A DNA stretch of 64,000 nt from Phoronis australis (GCA_002633005.1 NMRA01000673.1:62001-126000), one strand, 5' to 3'; numbered from the stretch's first letter, positions 15,001-30,000 are shown. Notes: generated by a model from the letters alone, not told the origin. Numbers and translations are program-made.

Positions 15001-18000
15001 GAGACAGGTTCAAATGTGAAACAAACTCCACATTATAATCGTCAAAACAGACATTATCAATTACCGTCGACACGTCATTAGTAGTCACAGGTATAGACTC
15101 ATCATGCCACGTATCTCCTTGAGATCCAGACCTCTTGAACAGTGGCTGCGTGTTACCTCCGTGCTGGTCGACCAACGCGATCTCCAGATCTCCCATAGCG
15201 CTGCTGCCGTACATGTGCCATTTGAAGGAGAAACAGTAGCTCCCACCTAGAATAGGATATTTTGTGAATAGCAATTTATGTAATAGTGGAGGTTTTGTAT
15301 TCAATCAAGTAAGTTTCGTCCGAGCAATGGTAGAGCAAGACACGTGTATTTGCTCAGTGATCGCGAGTGATCGCAAGGAAACCAATGTATTAGGACTAGG
15401 TGCAGACGAAGACGTACGTGTTCAGCCAGAGCAATTTGTTGTTATATACCTGTTGGGTAAGCAAGGTGAAAAACTTCTTACGTGTGTCGTCTATGTACGT
15501 CAACCGTTTGCGTCGCAAAAAGCAAACTACTAAAAGGATCCCACTCCACAGTAATAGAGTGTTCGCTGGTATAATAAAAATGGCAATTAGATGGCGCACA
15601 ATACTAACATCGAACCAGTCTACAAATAAAAATGCCCCATCGTCGTCTCTTTCATGGAAAACAGTTCATAAATTAAATGAAATCCGCCTAGGAACTGCAA
15701 AGACAACGCAAAAACAGAAATTGCCATCAGCACGAAGAGCGGTAGACTTATCCATCCAAAAATCTTTGACAACCAAACAAGGGCCGGTCCAGGATTTTTA
15801 AAAGGGTGGTTGGATCAATGCTCTTTTTCAAAGATGAGGATTTAAGTTAACAATTTGAAAATTCTAGATTAGATATCACTAAAATCAAAGGAAAAACGAA
15901 GGGCTGTGGACTATTTGACCCCACGGATCTGTCTGTGAAAGTACTACTTATAGAGGAAGAAACTTGCAGAGATACAGCAAAGGAAAAGCAAATACTGAAC
16001 GGTACGCAAAGATGACAAAATTATCACTAGGGAGCGCAACAGTTACCAAACCCTCCAATTATCAACATCCTCCACGGCTTGTACATCTGCCATACAGCAG
16101 CAGTTTCATAATGATCCTTTGAGCAGTTTGGCTGATAGCAAGGAGAACAATATTTAAAAGGCAACTTGGTGCGACAGAATCAGCCAAATCTGTTCGAAAT
16201 TGGGAAGGAGTCTTGGTTTCGTCACTAGAAGCTTGTTTGACAAATTTCTCAAGAGTCAATGACGACTAGCTACAGAGTAGTATTCGCTTAGCGCTAAGGT
16301 AAGAAATTCATTGACATGTTTTGGCAAGCTTTTTAGGAACGTGTGCCAAATATCATTTGGGTAAAGAAAATGCTTCAACGAGATTCGTAGATACATCGAC
16401 AAACTTATTTTCAATATGAGGTATTGGGGTAATCGGATGGGTCCAAAACTCGCCCTCATTCCTCGCCAGCGTCACGGGAGAACGTCTCGCAAATCACAAT
16501 GATTTCCCAGAAAGGTTTCAGGAGTACAGCAGCGGATGCGGACGCCAAGACAGAGACCATTTCATTGGCAACGCATCTACATACGCTGAGTGTTTGTGCG
16601 CGAATGAAATACAGGCTTTCCAGCAAAAACTTAGTATTCAACGGTTATTAGACACAAGTACAGTGGACAAAAGCAACGCGAAGCGTTAAAAAGCACCCAC
16701 GACTGCAACACAAAACGTGTGCATGCATCTAGGGGTGTTTTACGAATCACTACATGTTGCTTGTTCCTGCCATTACTATATACTTGCCTGGGAATTTTGA
16801 AGATTCTAGTCCTGCTACACTGTCACTGGGGACAGGAGACGACACTTCAACGTAGAGGTAATTCTTGCCGCCAGCTGCACCACTTGGACCAGTACCAGAA
16901 GAAGGAGTTGGACCCTAGGTGGGTAGCAATTAGCACACGTGTTAAAGTAAACTCCAAAACAAGCTTAACCTTTCACTGAAAATTTATTCTGTTGCGTTAG
17001 GGAGTGACCGTAAACGCACTATCAACCTTATGAATACCAATGGTCGACAACGCAATACAGCACAATCACAGAGGCCATGGTAAAACATCGAATTGCCAAT
17101 AGATGGAACAGCGGTGTTCAGATGGTTCCAAAACTAGTCGTCATCTGTCATTAGCCACATATGTGGGGAATAAATGGGAACGTATAACTACAATCTATTT
17201 TTCACAAGTCTTTACTGGCACACAGCACCAATATCCGAATCAGACCTCTGGCGTACGTATCAAATCTGCTAATGCTGAACAATGCAAATGAGCTAAGGGG
17301 AATTCGTGTAACAACTGCTGCTAACATTTGGCAGCTCGCAGTGTACATGTACTTACCGATTTTACTGTCCAATCGATGTCATCAATTTGGAGTTGCTTCC
17401 ACATGCAGATGTTGTCGTTTTCAAAGTCACATGACGCCCCCTTCACTGAAACCAAGAAAAAAACGAAAGAGGTCGCATAACCTACATGTATTTCATAAAT
17501 ATCCTGGAACAGTTCTATTTGTTTTTCATTATGTACAACATCACATCGCCGTGGCATGATTGGCATGGCGAAAAGCAAATTAATTTACAAGGACTCTGGC
17601 AATTCGTATACAATGCAGCTCAATGCTCTCAAAATTCACATTTTGGTACTAAAATCAGATTATTACCAACTACTGGGGTTGGCGTTCTTCCCTGTGTGCT
17701 TTGTACAGTAGGCGTCGTCCTTCGTGTGCTTGGTAAATATGGAGTTGTCCTTCTCGTGCTTGGTACGTAAGTTGTCGAACTTCCTGATCCCTGGCATGGG
17801 CCGGTTTTTAAAACGAGAGAGTCGATGGCAATATCACCTTGCCATGTCTGCGCTTTGTTTGCCAATATCAGAAGCTGAAAACGAAAGAGTATGTTACACA
17901 GTCAGTGATGCCAGAAACAAATGGGAGGGGAAGCTTGCTCCACTTATTTTTGAAAGATCTACATGATAACCCTTCACAAAACTTAATCGACAACTACTGA

Positions 18001-21000
18001 GATTCGTTCACACCAATTCCGACTTCGACATAAAGAGAACTAATCAAACCCCTTACATCGCCGCGATTCCATGTCAGCTATATTGCCACCTTACGCTTAG
18101 AACTCAGTTTAAATTGTCGGGAATTGTCATCTAGTTTGCACTCCTCTTAGGCTTTAACTAATTGTTGATGAGACAGGTTTAAATACGCAACTAACTCCAT
18201 ATTGTAATCGTTACAACAGGCATTATCAATTACCGTCGACACGTCATTAGCAGTCACCGGTATAGACTCATCATGCCACGTATCTCCGTGAGATCCAGAC
18301 CTCTTAAACAGTGGCTGCGTGTTACCTCCGTGCTGGTCGACTAACGTGATCTCCAGATCTCCCATAGTGCTGCTGCCGTACATGTGCCATTTGAAGGAGA
18401 AACAGTAGTGCCCACCTAGAATATGACATTTTGTGAACAGCAGTTTATGTAATAGTGGATGTTTCGTATTCAATCAAGTAAGTTTCGTCCAAGCAATGGT
18501 AGAGCAAGACACGTATATTTGCTCAGTGATCGCGAGTGATTGCGTGCAAACCAATGTCTTAGGACTAGGTGCAGACGGCGACGTACGTGTTCAGCCAGCA
18601 CAATTTGTTGCTATATACCTGTACCTGTAGGGTACGCAAGGTGAAAAACTTCTGACGTTCGTCATCTATGTATGTCAACCATTTGCGTCGCAAAATCAAA
18701 CTACTAAAAGGATCCCACTCCACAGTAAACGAGTGTTCGGTGGTATAATATGGCAATTAGATGGCGCACAATACATCGAATCCGTCCAGAAATGAAAAGG
18801 TGCCATCGTCGTCTCTTTCATGGAAAACACTTCATAAATTACATGAAAAACCGCCTAGGAACTGCAAAGACAACGCGAAAACAGAAGTAGCCATCAGCAC
18901 GAAAAGCGGTATACGGATCCATCCAAAAATCTTTGACAACCAATCAGGGGCCGGTCCAGGATTTTTAAAAGGGTGGTCGGATCATTGCTCTGTTACAAAT
19001 CTGAGAATTTAAGTTAATAATTTTAAAATCCTAGATTAGATATCACTAAAATCAAAAGAAAAACGAAGGGGTGCGGACCCCTTTGACCTCCTGGATCCGC
19101 CTATGAAAGTGCTACATTTAGAGGAAGAAACTTGCAGAGATACAACAAAGGAAAACCAAATACAGCAGTGTACGCAAAGATGACAATATTATCACTAGGG
19201 AGCGCCACAGTTGCACAACCTTCCAATTATCAACATCATCCAGGGCTTGCACATCTGCAATACTGCAGCAGTTTCATAATGGTCCTTTGAGCAGTTTGGC
19301 TGATAGCAAGGGGAACAATCTTTAAAAGGGAACTTGGTGAGACAGAATCAGCCAAATCTGTTCGAAATTGGGAAGGAGTTTTGGTTTCGTCGCTAGAAAC
19401 TTGTTTGACAAATTTCTCAAGAGCCAATGACGACTAGCTACAGAGTAGTATTCGCTTAGGTAAGAAATTCATTGTCATGTTTTGGCAAGCTTTTTAGGAA
19501 CGTGTGCCAAGTCTCATCTGGGTTTAGAAAATGCTTCAACGAGATCCGTAGATACATCGACAAACGTAATTCTTCCAATAGGAGGTATTGTGGTATTCGG
19601 ATGGGTCCAAAACTCGTCCTCATTCCTCGCCAGCGTCACAGGAGAACGTCACGCAAATCACACTGATTTCCCAGAAAGGTTTCAGTAGTACAGCAGCGGA
19701 TCCGGACGCCAAGACAGAGACCATTTTATTGTCAATGCATCTACATGCGCTGAGTGTTTGTGCGCGAATGAAATACAGGCTTTCCAGCAAAAACTTAGTA
19801 TTCAACCGTTATTAGACACAAATACAGTTGACAAAAGCAACGCGAAGCGTTAAAAAGCACCCACGACTGAAACACAAAAAGGGGGGAATCTAGTGGTGTT
19901 TTACGAATCACTACATGTTGCTTGTTCCTGCTATTACTATATACTTGCCTGGGAATTTTGACGATTCTAGTCCTGCTACACTGTCACTGGGGACAGGAGA
20001 CGACACTTCAACGTAGAGGTAATTCTTGCCGCCAGCTGCACCACTTGGACCAGTACCGGAAGAAGGAGTTGGTCCCTAGGTGGGTAGCAATTAGCACACG
20101 TGTTGAAATAAATTCCAAAACAAGCTTATACCTTTCACTGAAAATTTATTGACTTGTGTTAGGGAGTGACCGTAAACCCACGATCAACCTCATGAATACC
20201 AATGGTCGACAACGCAATACAGCACACTCACAAGAATTTTGTGTCAAAACGTCTTGGAAAGCGGAACGGAAATAGTGAACTATTGCCAAAAATTATATTG
20301 AACAATAAGCGACCAATAATTTTTTTGGAAATCATTTTGTTAGTGCCGTGATTAACCTCCCAACAGGACTCCCGAAACAAAACTCTCTTTCAATTGTGGG
20401 ATTTTGCTCGTTATTGCCAAATACACAAGCAACTTGCCGAAGCCAACTCAGGAATCAGAAACTGAGGTGACACGTCTGTCTATAAAAACATTCAGAGACC
20501 TACCGCCCAACTCTACGTACATGGATTCCAGCAATGTCCTCTCAGCTTAGTAGAATGAGGACTTCAAATTATTATTCGGTAGATCTCGGCCTGCGCCACA
20601 AAGGAGCCTACAGTATATATGAACGTTATGGTTGCACTTGGTCACAAAAGTAAAATAATGTCAGCTGTCTCGTGACCTGTATGCACGAGGGATGAAAATG
20701 AAATGATTCAATTTTTAAGAAAGAAAATTTATCGCCCAATGCTTCCGAAAACACAAAAACGTCAGACACGTATAAATAATGTTAATCTTCTTCAACTAAA
20801 GCACTTATACGTTCAGTCTGTTACAGAAGTAAAAGTAAGGTAAAACTTAATCTTGAAAGTAAAAAGATGAACGTCGACTTTGAAGTCTTATAATGTACTT
20901 CCCACATTTCAGGTGGTGCGCGATTAATCAAGAGTACGTTACAAACTGCAGAATAGACAGTACCCACAAGGCAGCGTATTGCACCACATCCTGATATACC

Positions 21001-24000
21001 GAGAACAATGTCGGTGTGATACCCAACAATGGGAGCAAGTCTTATATGGAAACAATAGAAACGCAGAGCGTTCAAATGTAGTGGGCTTCTACAGTGTATG
21101 TGTATTTGAACAATGACCATTAGATGGCAAAGAAAGTGTCAAACCCGTGAATTGAGAATGTGGCGTTGTCTCTGTAAAGCCCAACTATTTGCCAAATTTC
21201 ATGAAAATAAGTCAAAGAACTCCTAAATTGTGTAGTAGAAGCAAAAGTAAAGAACAATTCACATTAGAGGATACAGATATACCATATTTGGATTCAAAAT
21301 TCACCGTCACCTGTCGCCCTCTCTTAAGAAGCCCATCTGCTAAATTCATCAAAATATTCAAAAAAGGGTAATGGAGGTACAGCTGCAGATGCAACAAACA
21401 GCAAAAATTGCCCTTGTGGGCAAATCAACATTGCCCTGGATCATCAACAACACAACCGTTAATAATCGCCTGTTGAGTGGTTTGAGAGGTAGAGAGGTAG
21501 ACGTCAAAACAAACGTGAAAATTTTTAAGTGGCAAACGGGTGGCGCAGAAAATAACTAATCTGCTAGAAAATGGGAAGGTGTATTCTTCAGATAGGGACG
21601 GACTTAGGATTATGAATTGGGGGGGGGGCAGGGCAGAGTATTAGCCAGGATTTTGCCCATAAGATATTCGCACCTCCGTACTTCTAAATTGAATCTGAGA
21701 GAAATTTAGGGGGCGCATGACCCCCTTGGCCAGACTGAAATCCGCCACTGTAATATGTACTTATTTGCTGGCTTTAATGACAACACATTCATGAACTCCG
21801 AAGATACACCGTTAATCGCATAAAAACATTTTGCAACTAGTGGGCAACACAGTAGTCGGACCCGTCCGAAAGTAAAGCTCGGTCATGACTTTTTCATTAT
21901 TAACTACAATAAATTTTCATAATGATCCGTTAAAAGGTATGGTATTTAGGGTACTGGAGGCCAGAAAACTGACTCAAAATTAACGACAAATGACCACCAG
22001 GTGGGGCAGAAAAATCAAATTTGTCTGATAATTGGAAGGAGTAGTCTCCTTAACAGAAATCTATTTGCCGAATTTCATGAGAAAACATTGCAGTGGCAAA
22101 CGTAAAGAAAGAATTTGCCCCTAGAGGGTAGAGTGGTGTCGGAAAGAGTTCGACACTAGTTAATGTTTGTCGACGGCTCCATAGGAATACAGCTTCCAAA
22201 TTTCATACATAGCTCTTTCAAAGTGTTATGGAGATTCAGCTGCAGACGAAACAACCAAAATCGCAATTACGGGGAGTCACAGTAGCCGGACCCGTCCAGA
22301 CGTCAACGCCAGTCGTGAACCTCTCATCAGCACTATATCTAAAGTTTCATAATGATCTTTCGAGCGGTAAGGTGGAGGCCAGAAAACGGACGCAAACTAA
22401 CAAAAATGCACAAAAGGTGGCCTTAAATTCGTCGAATCTGTCCGTAAATGTAAACGCGTCATCTCCCCCGTATTAAAAACCTACATGTATTTGACGAATT
22501 TCATGAAAATTCTTCAAAGAACCCCGAAGGAACAGAGGCAATGGTAAAAAATTAAATTGCCATTAGTCGTCACAGCGGAGTTCGGATCGGTCCATCTGTC
22601 GTTAGCCATATACACAAATGCCGGGGCATAAAACGGAGCGTATGGCTACAATCTAATTTTTACATTTTTTAATGGCACAGAACACCAATATCCAAATCAG
22701 ACCTGTGACGTATGTACTAAATCCGACAACGCTGCACAATGCAAACGAACTACGTAAGGCGTATTCGTGTAATAACTGCTGCTAACATTTGGCAACTCAC
22801 AGTGTACTTACCGATTGTATTGTCCAATCGATGTCATCAACTTGGAGTTGCTTCCACAAGCAGGTGTTGTCGTTTTCAAAGTCACATGACGCCTCCTTCA
22901 CTGAAGCAACAAGAGCAACGCAGAGCGTTGAAATGAGCCCACGAATGCATCGCAAATGGTATGCTTTTAGGGTTATTTATTTGTATAATGTTAGTGGCCA
23001 CTAGATGGGGCAAATACGTACAATCCATCAAAAAACTCGAACATGTCATATTGCATAAAAATGTGTCAAGAAACTTCAGAAAAACAAAGGAAAACATAAT
23101 GAAATGAAAATGCCACTTAAGTTGGGCACAGTGTCCGTTGGATCCCCACTAAATTTAATAAAGATCCTGCAGTGGGTTTAGGACATACAGCTATGGGCAC
23201 ACGAGTCAGTCGCCATCATCAAACGTCATATATGCCATTTTTACAACCATCCCTAGAATGATTTGTTTGATAGAAGTGTGGACGCCAAGAACAATATTCG
23301 AAAACAGCAAAAATGGCCACCAAGTGGCGCAAAATATCTCGATTCCATCCAAAAACAGGAGGATAGCGTGACTTCACCAATAGATGCTTATAATCAAAAC
23401 TTTATGAAAATCTGTTTAGGACCATTGAACATACAGAGCTAAATGTAAAAAACTAAAATTGCCACTAGGGGGCACACCAGCAGTCAGATCCGTCCCAAAA
23501 GTTGTCGTCGTTCATTGCTTACATCATACACTTTCTAAATTTAGTAAAGATCCTGCGAACGGTTTAGGAGATACAGGCATAGGTGCAAAAAAAAACTGCG
23601 ACTAGGAAGCACCACAGTAGTTGAAGTCGTCGGAAAATCATCATCAGCTGTCCACTTCACAGTATGAACGTAGACGCCAATTTCCATAACCATTCTTCGA
23701 GCGGTTTGGTTGATAGAAGGGTGGACGCAAAAAAAAAACAGAACTGAAAACAGTAAAAATGGCCACTAGGTGCCGCAAGCTTCGTTGCATCCATCCGAAA
23801 CGAGAGAACAACGTCACCTCCAGTTGAGGACTTTTGAACATAGAGAGGTAAACGTAAAAAAATAAATTGCCACTAGAGGGCGCACCGGTAGTCGGATCCG
23901 CCGAAAGTCGTTGTCATCTTTTGTCAACGTCATATAAAAACACTTCCTAAATTTAGAAATGATCCTTCAAACGGTTTAGGAGGCACAGCCATGAGCGCAA

Positions 24001-27000
24001 AAAAACTGCCACTAGGAAGCGCCGCAGATGTGCAAATCGTCGGAAAATCACCGTCAGCAGTCTTCTTTAAAGTAAGAACATACATGCCAATTTTCACAAT
24101 CATCCTTTAAGCGGTTTGGTTGATAGAGGGGTTGACGCAAAAAACAGACCCTAAAACAGTTAATATGGCCACTAGGTGGCGCAAACTACGTTGGCCCCTT
24201 CCGAAAACGGCAGGACAGCGTCATCTCACAAATAGGTGCCTATATACCAAATTTTTTGAAAATCCGTTTAGGACTTTTGAAGATACAGAGGTAAAGGTAA
24301 GAAACTAAAATAGCAACTAGTGGTCACACCGGTAGTCTGATTTGCTCGAAAGCATGCTCATGCCGTCCCATCCACATTGGGAGTGTAAGTGCAAAACTTC
24401 ATGAACATACGTCAAGGCATTTTGGAGATAGAGCAGCGGACGCCGGACGCCGGAAGGACGGACAGAGATGACGGCATAATGCGTACACATACATGTATAA
24501 ATATGTGGGCGCATGGAAAGCGGAAGAGGTCGCATAGAATACTTCATAAATATCCTGGCACAATTCTATTTGATTTTCATTATGCACAACATCGCCTGGC
24601 CATGGCGTGATTGGGACGACTGGCAAATATATTTACAAGGACAGGGGCAATTCGTGGACAATGCAGCTCAATGCTCACAAAATTATGATTTTGGTACTAA
24701 AATCAGATTATTACCAACTCTTGGGGTTGGCGTTGTTCCCTGTGTGCTTTGTACACTAGGCGTCGTTCTTTGTGTGCTTGGTAAATATAGAGTTGTCCTT
24801 CTCGTGCTTGGTACGTAAGTTGTCGAACTTCCTGATCCCTGACATGGGCCGGTTTTTAAAACCAGAGAGTCGATTGCAATATCACCTTGCCATGTCTGTG
24901 CTTTGCTTCCGGTGATCAGAAGCTAAAAACCAATATAATGTGACGTGAAACTCGTCGTACAAGATGAATACAGCATTAACACAACAACAGGGGTTGCTTG
25001 AAATCTAAAACTCTTACACTTAATTCAGATGCCGACCGTTAACGAAGAGAGCAGTTGATTTTTCAAGACACCATGACATGTAAAATCTTCACGAGAGCGT
25101 ATAATGAGAAAGCTTTGTTATGGTCACCTCAAGGTATAAGCCTATTTCGCCAACGTGGGTATGAACACTAATCGCTAATCCAGGTGCAATGCGTCAATAA
25201 GCACCTTTCTGCCAAAACTGTTTAATACACCCCTAGCTCCAGTACTGAAAGACGTCGTTTGTAGAGTGGCAATTTTGACAACTGTTTCTCTGCAATGTGG
25301 TTAAACATTTGACTCAATTTTAAGTGAAAATATTAATTACCATCGACTGGTGGGTAGCTATCACAGTTATGGACTCATTATGCCATACGTCTCGGTGATT
25401 TCCAGATTTCTTAAACAGTTGCTGACTATTGCCGTACTGGTCAGTCAATGTTATCTCCAAAGCTCCCATGCTATTTGAGCCGTACATGTGCCATTTGAAG
25501 GAGAAACAGTAAGTTCCAGCTGAAACGGTGATGAGCATCAATTCATTGCAAAAGCATATCTTAAGTAGATTTGATACAACCAATAGCCATGAACGCGTGT
25601 TGTTAAAATAGTGCACCACAAAGATGACATTCATTTGAGAATTATACATGATCTTACCGTAAAAAAATGTGCTGGTCCGCCACATAAGACCTTGTGACCC
25701 CTACCACTGTCACTTTCGAAAACGTTATTTTTGTTTCTTATGTCGCCATGGTAAAACTTGAGCTGTCCAAATTATATGAAAAAGAATTTAACCTCATGTA
25801 TGCCTGTACCACTGGACTAATATTCCTCCATGCAACTAGAAAACCACTCAACGAAAGCCAACCGGTTACACAGCGTGACATTGGAAAAGTTAAAGTAATC
25901 AAAGCGCTGAATGTAAGCATTCAAATTTTGAGGCGAGTTTTCATTCAAATTTGGAGGCCACAGGACCAGGCCTATTGCAGAATACTAGCCTGGGAATGAA
26001 GCGGATTCGATTTGTGCAGCAGCCCCATTAGGAACAGGAGACGATACTTCAGTGTAGAGGTAGTAGCTGCCGTCAGCGGCTCCACTGGGTCCAGTCCCAT
26101 ACGAGGGCGTCGAACCCTACGAAAATGCACGTGTAAGTAAACTTAGGATAAACGACAATAATGACCGACATTTCAATCTCCGGTCTCGAACTGCTCTGTA
26201 GGTACAAAGAGGCTAAACATATAATTTAAGTTAGATCCAAAAGCAATAATGGTTCTGGTCCTTACTCATTTTGAAACTTGCAATCAAGGACCACAAAAAT
26301 GCTCGCCCTCATCCATTTCAGTCAAGGTATCGTGCTTTTGAAAGTCTGCCTTAAGGTACGCTTACATGTAGGTATAGTTTGAAACACCATGATATGCTAA
26401 GCTGTGAGACAAGAATAAATAGAACGTCATCTTCGCATAACTGACTAGATTTTCAAAAAACCAGGCACAACAACCGATTATGCATTTGTAGCCTTAGGAT
26501 CCACTTCGATAATATGTCCGTCCTCGATGCTAAGGGTCATATCTTGTCAATTAATACTTAATTTAGAAGTGAGCAATATTCAAGCAAAAGCGCTAAGCAA
26601 ACAATTGGAAAGCTCCCACGACTGCAACGCAGTATACATGTAGTCGTTAAGGCGCGTTTCTAGTTTCATGTATCGCAACTTACTTTAATTCGCGTCTGCG
26701 ATATCAGGAACTAAGTTGCCCCGCGTCGCTTCAGGGTGAAGTCGTTTTCCAAGGATACTATCATAACTTTTAAGTGGTGATGATTTTGATAGCAAAAAAA
26801 ACAAGATGCCATTGAACACAGACCAGTTTTCTCAGTTTCAATTTTCACGAGTGCTTGCAGCCTGTCAAGGCAGCGGAAATACGCCCGTTAGATTCAACAG
26901 TTTAACGTCTGAGCTATGCATTAGTGAGGTACTAGCCAAGTGCAAGATGTCGAACGAATGCGCTCGCCCTAGTACACTGAAGCACTGGCACGTTGTACAC

Positions 27001-30000
27001 AAAAGAATGGCACCCAGAAAACCTACCTGTTTCACAGACCAGTCAAAGCCGTCAGTTTGCAATTGACTCCACATACAAGTGTCTCCGTTTTCGAAGTCAC
27101 AGGACGCTGCATTTCCTGGATGAAAGAACATAAGTTATCCGTAGGTTTAAGAATCGTTGAAAAGACGAGAAGAGATTTGAACAATTACACCAGGTTGCGC
27201 TTCGCATACAAAGACATTCTCTACACACTTGAAGCAACACGCGTTCGCTTACGGAACAGTGATTCAACTCAAAATACAGCAGGCGTAGTGTATGAAATAA
27301 ATGATCTTACGGTGGTGTGCTTGCATTCAGATTATCGCATACATGTAAGTCGTTCGTCGGACGAACGTAACTTTACTGATCAAAATTTCTGCTTTAAACT
27401 GCATCAGTAAATAAGACATTGTACTTTTTCATTAACCCCTTCCGGAGAGTATCATTTCGCCAGTCTCATTTTGATAATACACAAGTTTTGGATGATATCG
27501 CCAACATTGCAAGTGCTCTGTGACAACGGAACATATCGCTAGGCGTTCAAAGATCGTCGTGTTCTTGCAAATTTTGAAACTAGTCACCTACGTCAATGGA
27601 TCTAAGGGATTATCCAAAATTTGAGGTCTTCTTTACCAAAACACTAATCTCCGGTTACCGTAAATATGATTTATAGAAATCACAAATATACATGCAGTAC
27701 TACAAGCATAACAACGTGTTGCATTGTGCTTTTGCATTCACTACTGTTGAGGGAACTATGTGGCTGACAGCTTAGGACAGAGGACATGTCGATTGAAGAT
27801 TTTGAACTTATTCTTAAGAAACCGCAGATTTGGGATTATAAGTCGATCAGGCAATGAGGTTCTAAGATTTAAGGTTTACATGATGAACAGAAGATGTCAG
27901 TTCGTTCATTTCGCTACATATTTTGCAAATTGCCTCGTTTTGGATACAATGAAAGTGTAATTAACTGGTGGACATGTCTGCGTATTTAAACACATATCTA
28001 CGTGTACTCAATTGAAGAATTTGACACATTCAAAGTACACATCTACTGGCAGTAGAAACTCTGTAGAAACTCTAGAAATCGAGTTTAGTCTTTAAGACAA
28101 ACTAAAGACAACTGCGTCTCGTAAGCATGTCTCCGTATTAAAATTAACCGAAAAGGAATATACTGAACATAACCTAACTACCACATCACTATCACAACCT
28201 AATGTGTTCATTTCAACGTCCAAGAACTTAGGATGTTATAGTTTCTTCAGTTGTTTCTTCATTTTCCTCGCGTGCAATGTTTTAGTATATTTTCCAGGTT
28301 CTATGAAAATCTGAACGGTTTAAAAACAATCAAAATGTTTAGTGTTTTGGAGAAATATCGAGAACATACTTTTTTGGTTTCAAATGAATTCAGTCAGCCA
28401 ATTATGCCATGTGATGTTGTGAATGCATCAAAATTTGGCCACCTTTTTAGAGTAACCAAGAATCGAGAACCGATCCTACTACACTGTGCATGTACACAGT
28501 TCTACAGATAGGTTGTTTAATAATAACCGGTCACCAGCCAATAATGTACAGGTAATGGAGCTTTCTGGGCTACCATTACGCGACTTACCTGGAGCGCCGG
28601 TTGGCGGGGACGTTTGGTATCTAGTAGGGGACAGTGATGGGTTCGTTTGTGAAAAAGTTGGTGGGTTTGTTTTGGGGTTTGTTGGTGGGTTGGTTGGTGG
28701 GTTTGTTGGTGGGTTGGTTGGAGGGTTGGTTGGAGGTTTTGTTGGTGGGTTGGTTGGAGGGTTGGTTGGAGGTTTTGTTGGTGGGTTTGTTGGNGTTTGT
28801 TGGCGGGTTGGTTGGTGGGTTTGTTGGAGGGTTTGTTGGCGGGTTGGTTGGAGTATTTGTAGGTGGGTTGGTTGGAGGGTTCGTTGGTGGGTTTGTTTGT
28901 GCATTGGTAGGAGGGTTTGTTGGTGGGTTGGTGGGCGGATTGGTTGGTGGGTTTGTTGTTGAGCCACATGTTCCAAGATTCAGCGAAATGTCGTCCAATG
29001 CGATGTCAGATGTGTAACCAGATCCTCTCTTGGCTCGAAATGCCACCTACAATTGAAATTGGCCGATGTCACTACCTACATGTACATGTAGACAGCCAAT
29101 TTCAAAGAATTTACAATAATGAAGGCACCTTTCGATCAATTGAAATCCACCAACATCATTGTAGTGGGGTTTAATTACGGAATAAGTCTATCTCCGTTTG
29201 GATACCACAGTATTGAAATACACTTATAATGAAAAACGACATGATGTCACTGTACACTTAATGGCCGTAGACAATGTCACGTGGTTTTGGTGTCCAAATT
29301 CTTATCTACATGTACCAAAATGAGGGTACACATACCCAAGGTCCACTTTATCAAGTGCAACATGGTAAAACGTCCCTACAAGTGGACACTTTGTAGTGAA
29401 CACATTGCAGTGTTTTTATTCTTGACGTATTTTGATCAATAGGGGTGTAAATTCCAACAAATTGATATACTAATAATTTATGGAAGGTTCTGGGAGTCAC
29501 TACAACATATCAAGTAGAGCGGAATCTAATTGGTGGGGCACCTTTTGGGGATGTCACGACTTGGTCCTACGCACACAAGTGCTGAGATGCCAGACTTTAG
29601 ATCTGATACTACCTTCGTAAACAAAGCTATATACAAATACCGTAGTTCGAATTGGATGAAATAGGAATACACATAGAATAGTTGAATAAAAGAAAATTAT
29701 GAGATAACGGTTCAAGAAAATATTAACGTCTTGTTGTAAACACAGACTGAGCATGCAAGACCTATAACAAGAGCAACGCAGAGCGTTGAAATGCGCCCAC
29801 AATTGCACCGTATACGGTATCCTTCTAGGGTTGTTTATTGGTACCATAAAGTGGCCAGTAGAGGGCATATATGTAGTATGTTGTACTTTACAAAATGGAA
29901 ATGCATGGTCATTGTCTCCTCAATAGGCTAAGGGACAAAATGTGAGTGATCTTCATAATACAAGCACATCCTATACATCAGTTGCTTAAAGCACCACAGA

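Larger units (their letters stand above)
10430..20232. repeat. Near-identical ~3.14-kb genomic tandem repeat (about three units), each unit one MAM domain with its introns
   Basis: Exon b donors at 10493, 13633, 16788 and 19949 (spacings 3140, 3155, 3161). Introns align almost base for base. Confidence 0.95.

Noticed and set aside
28486-29017. Gly/Val/Trp-rich plus-strand ORFs
   Set aside because: Antisense readings of the TNPP coding repeat
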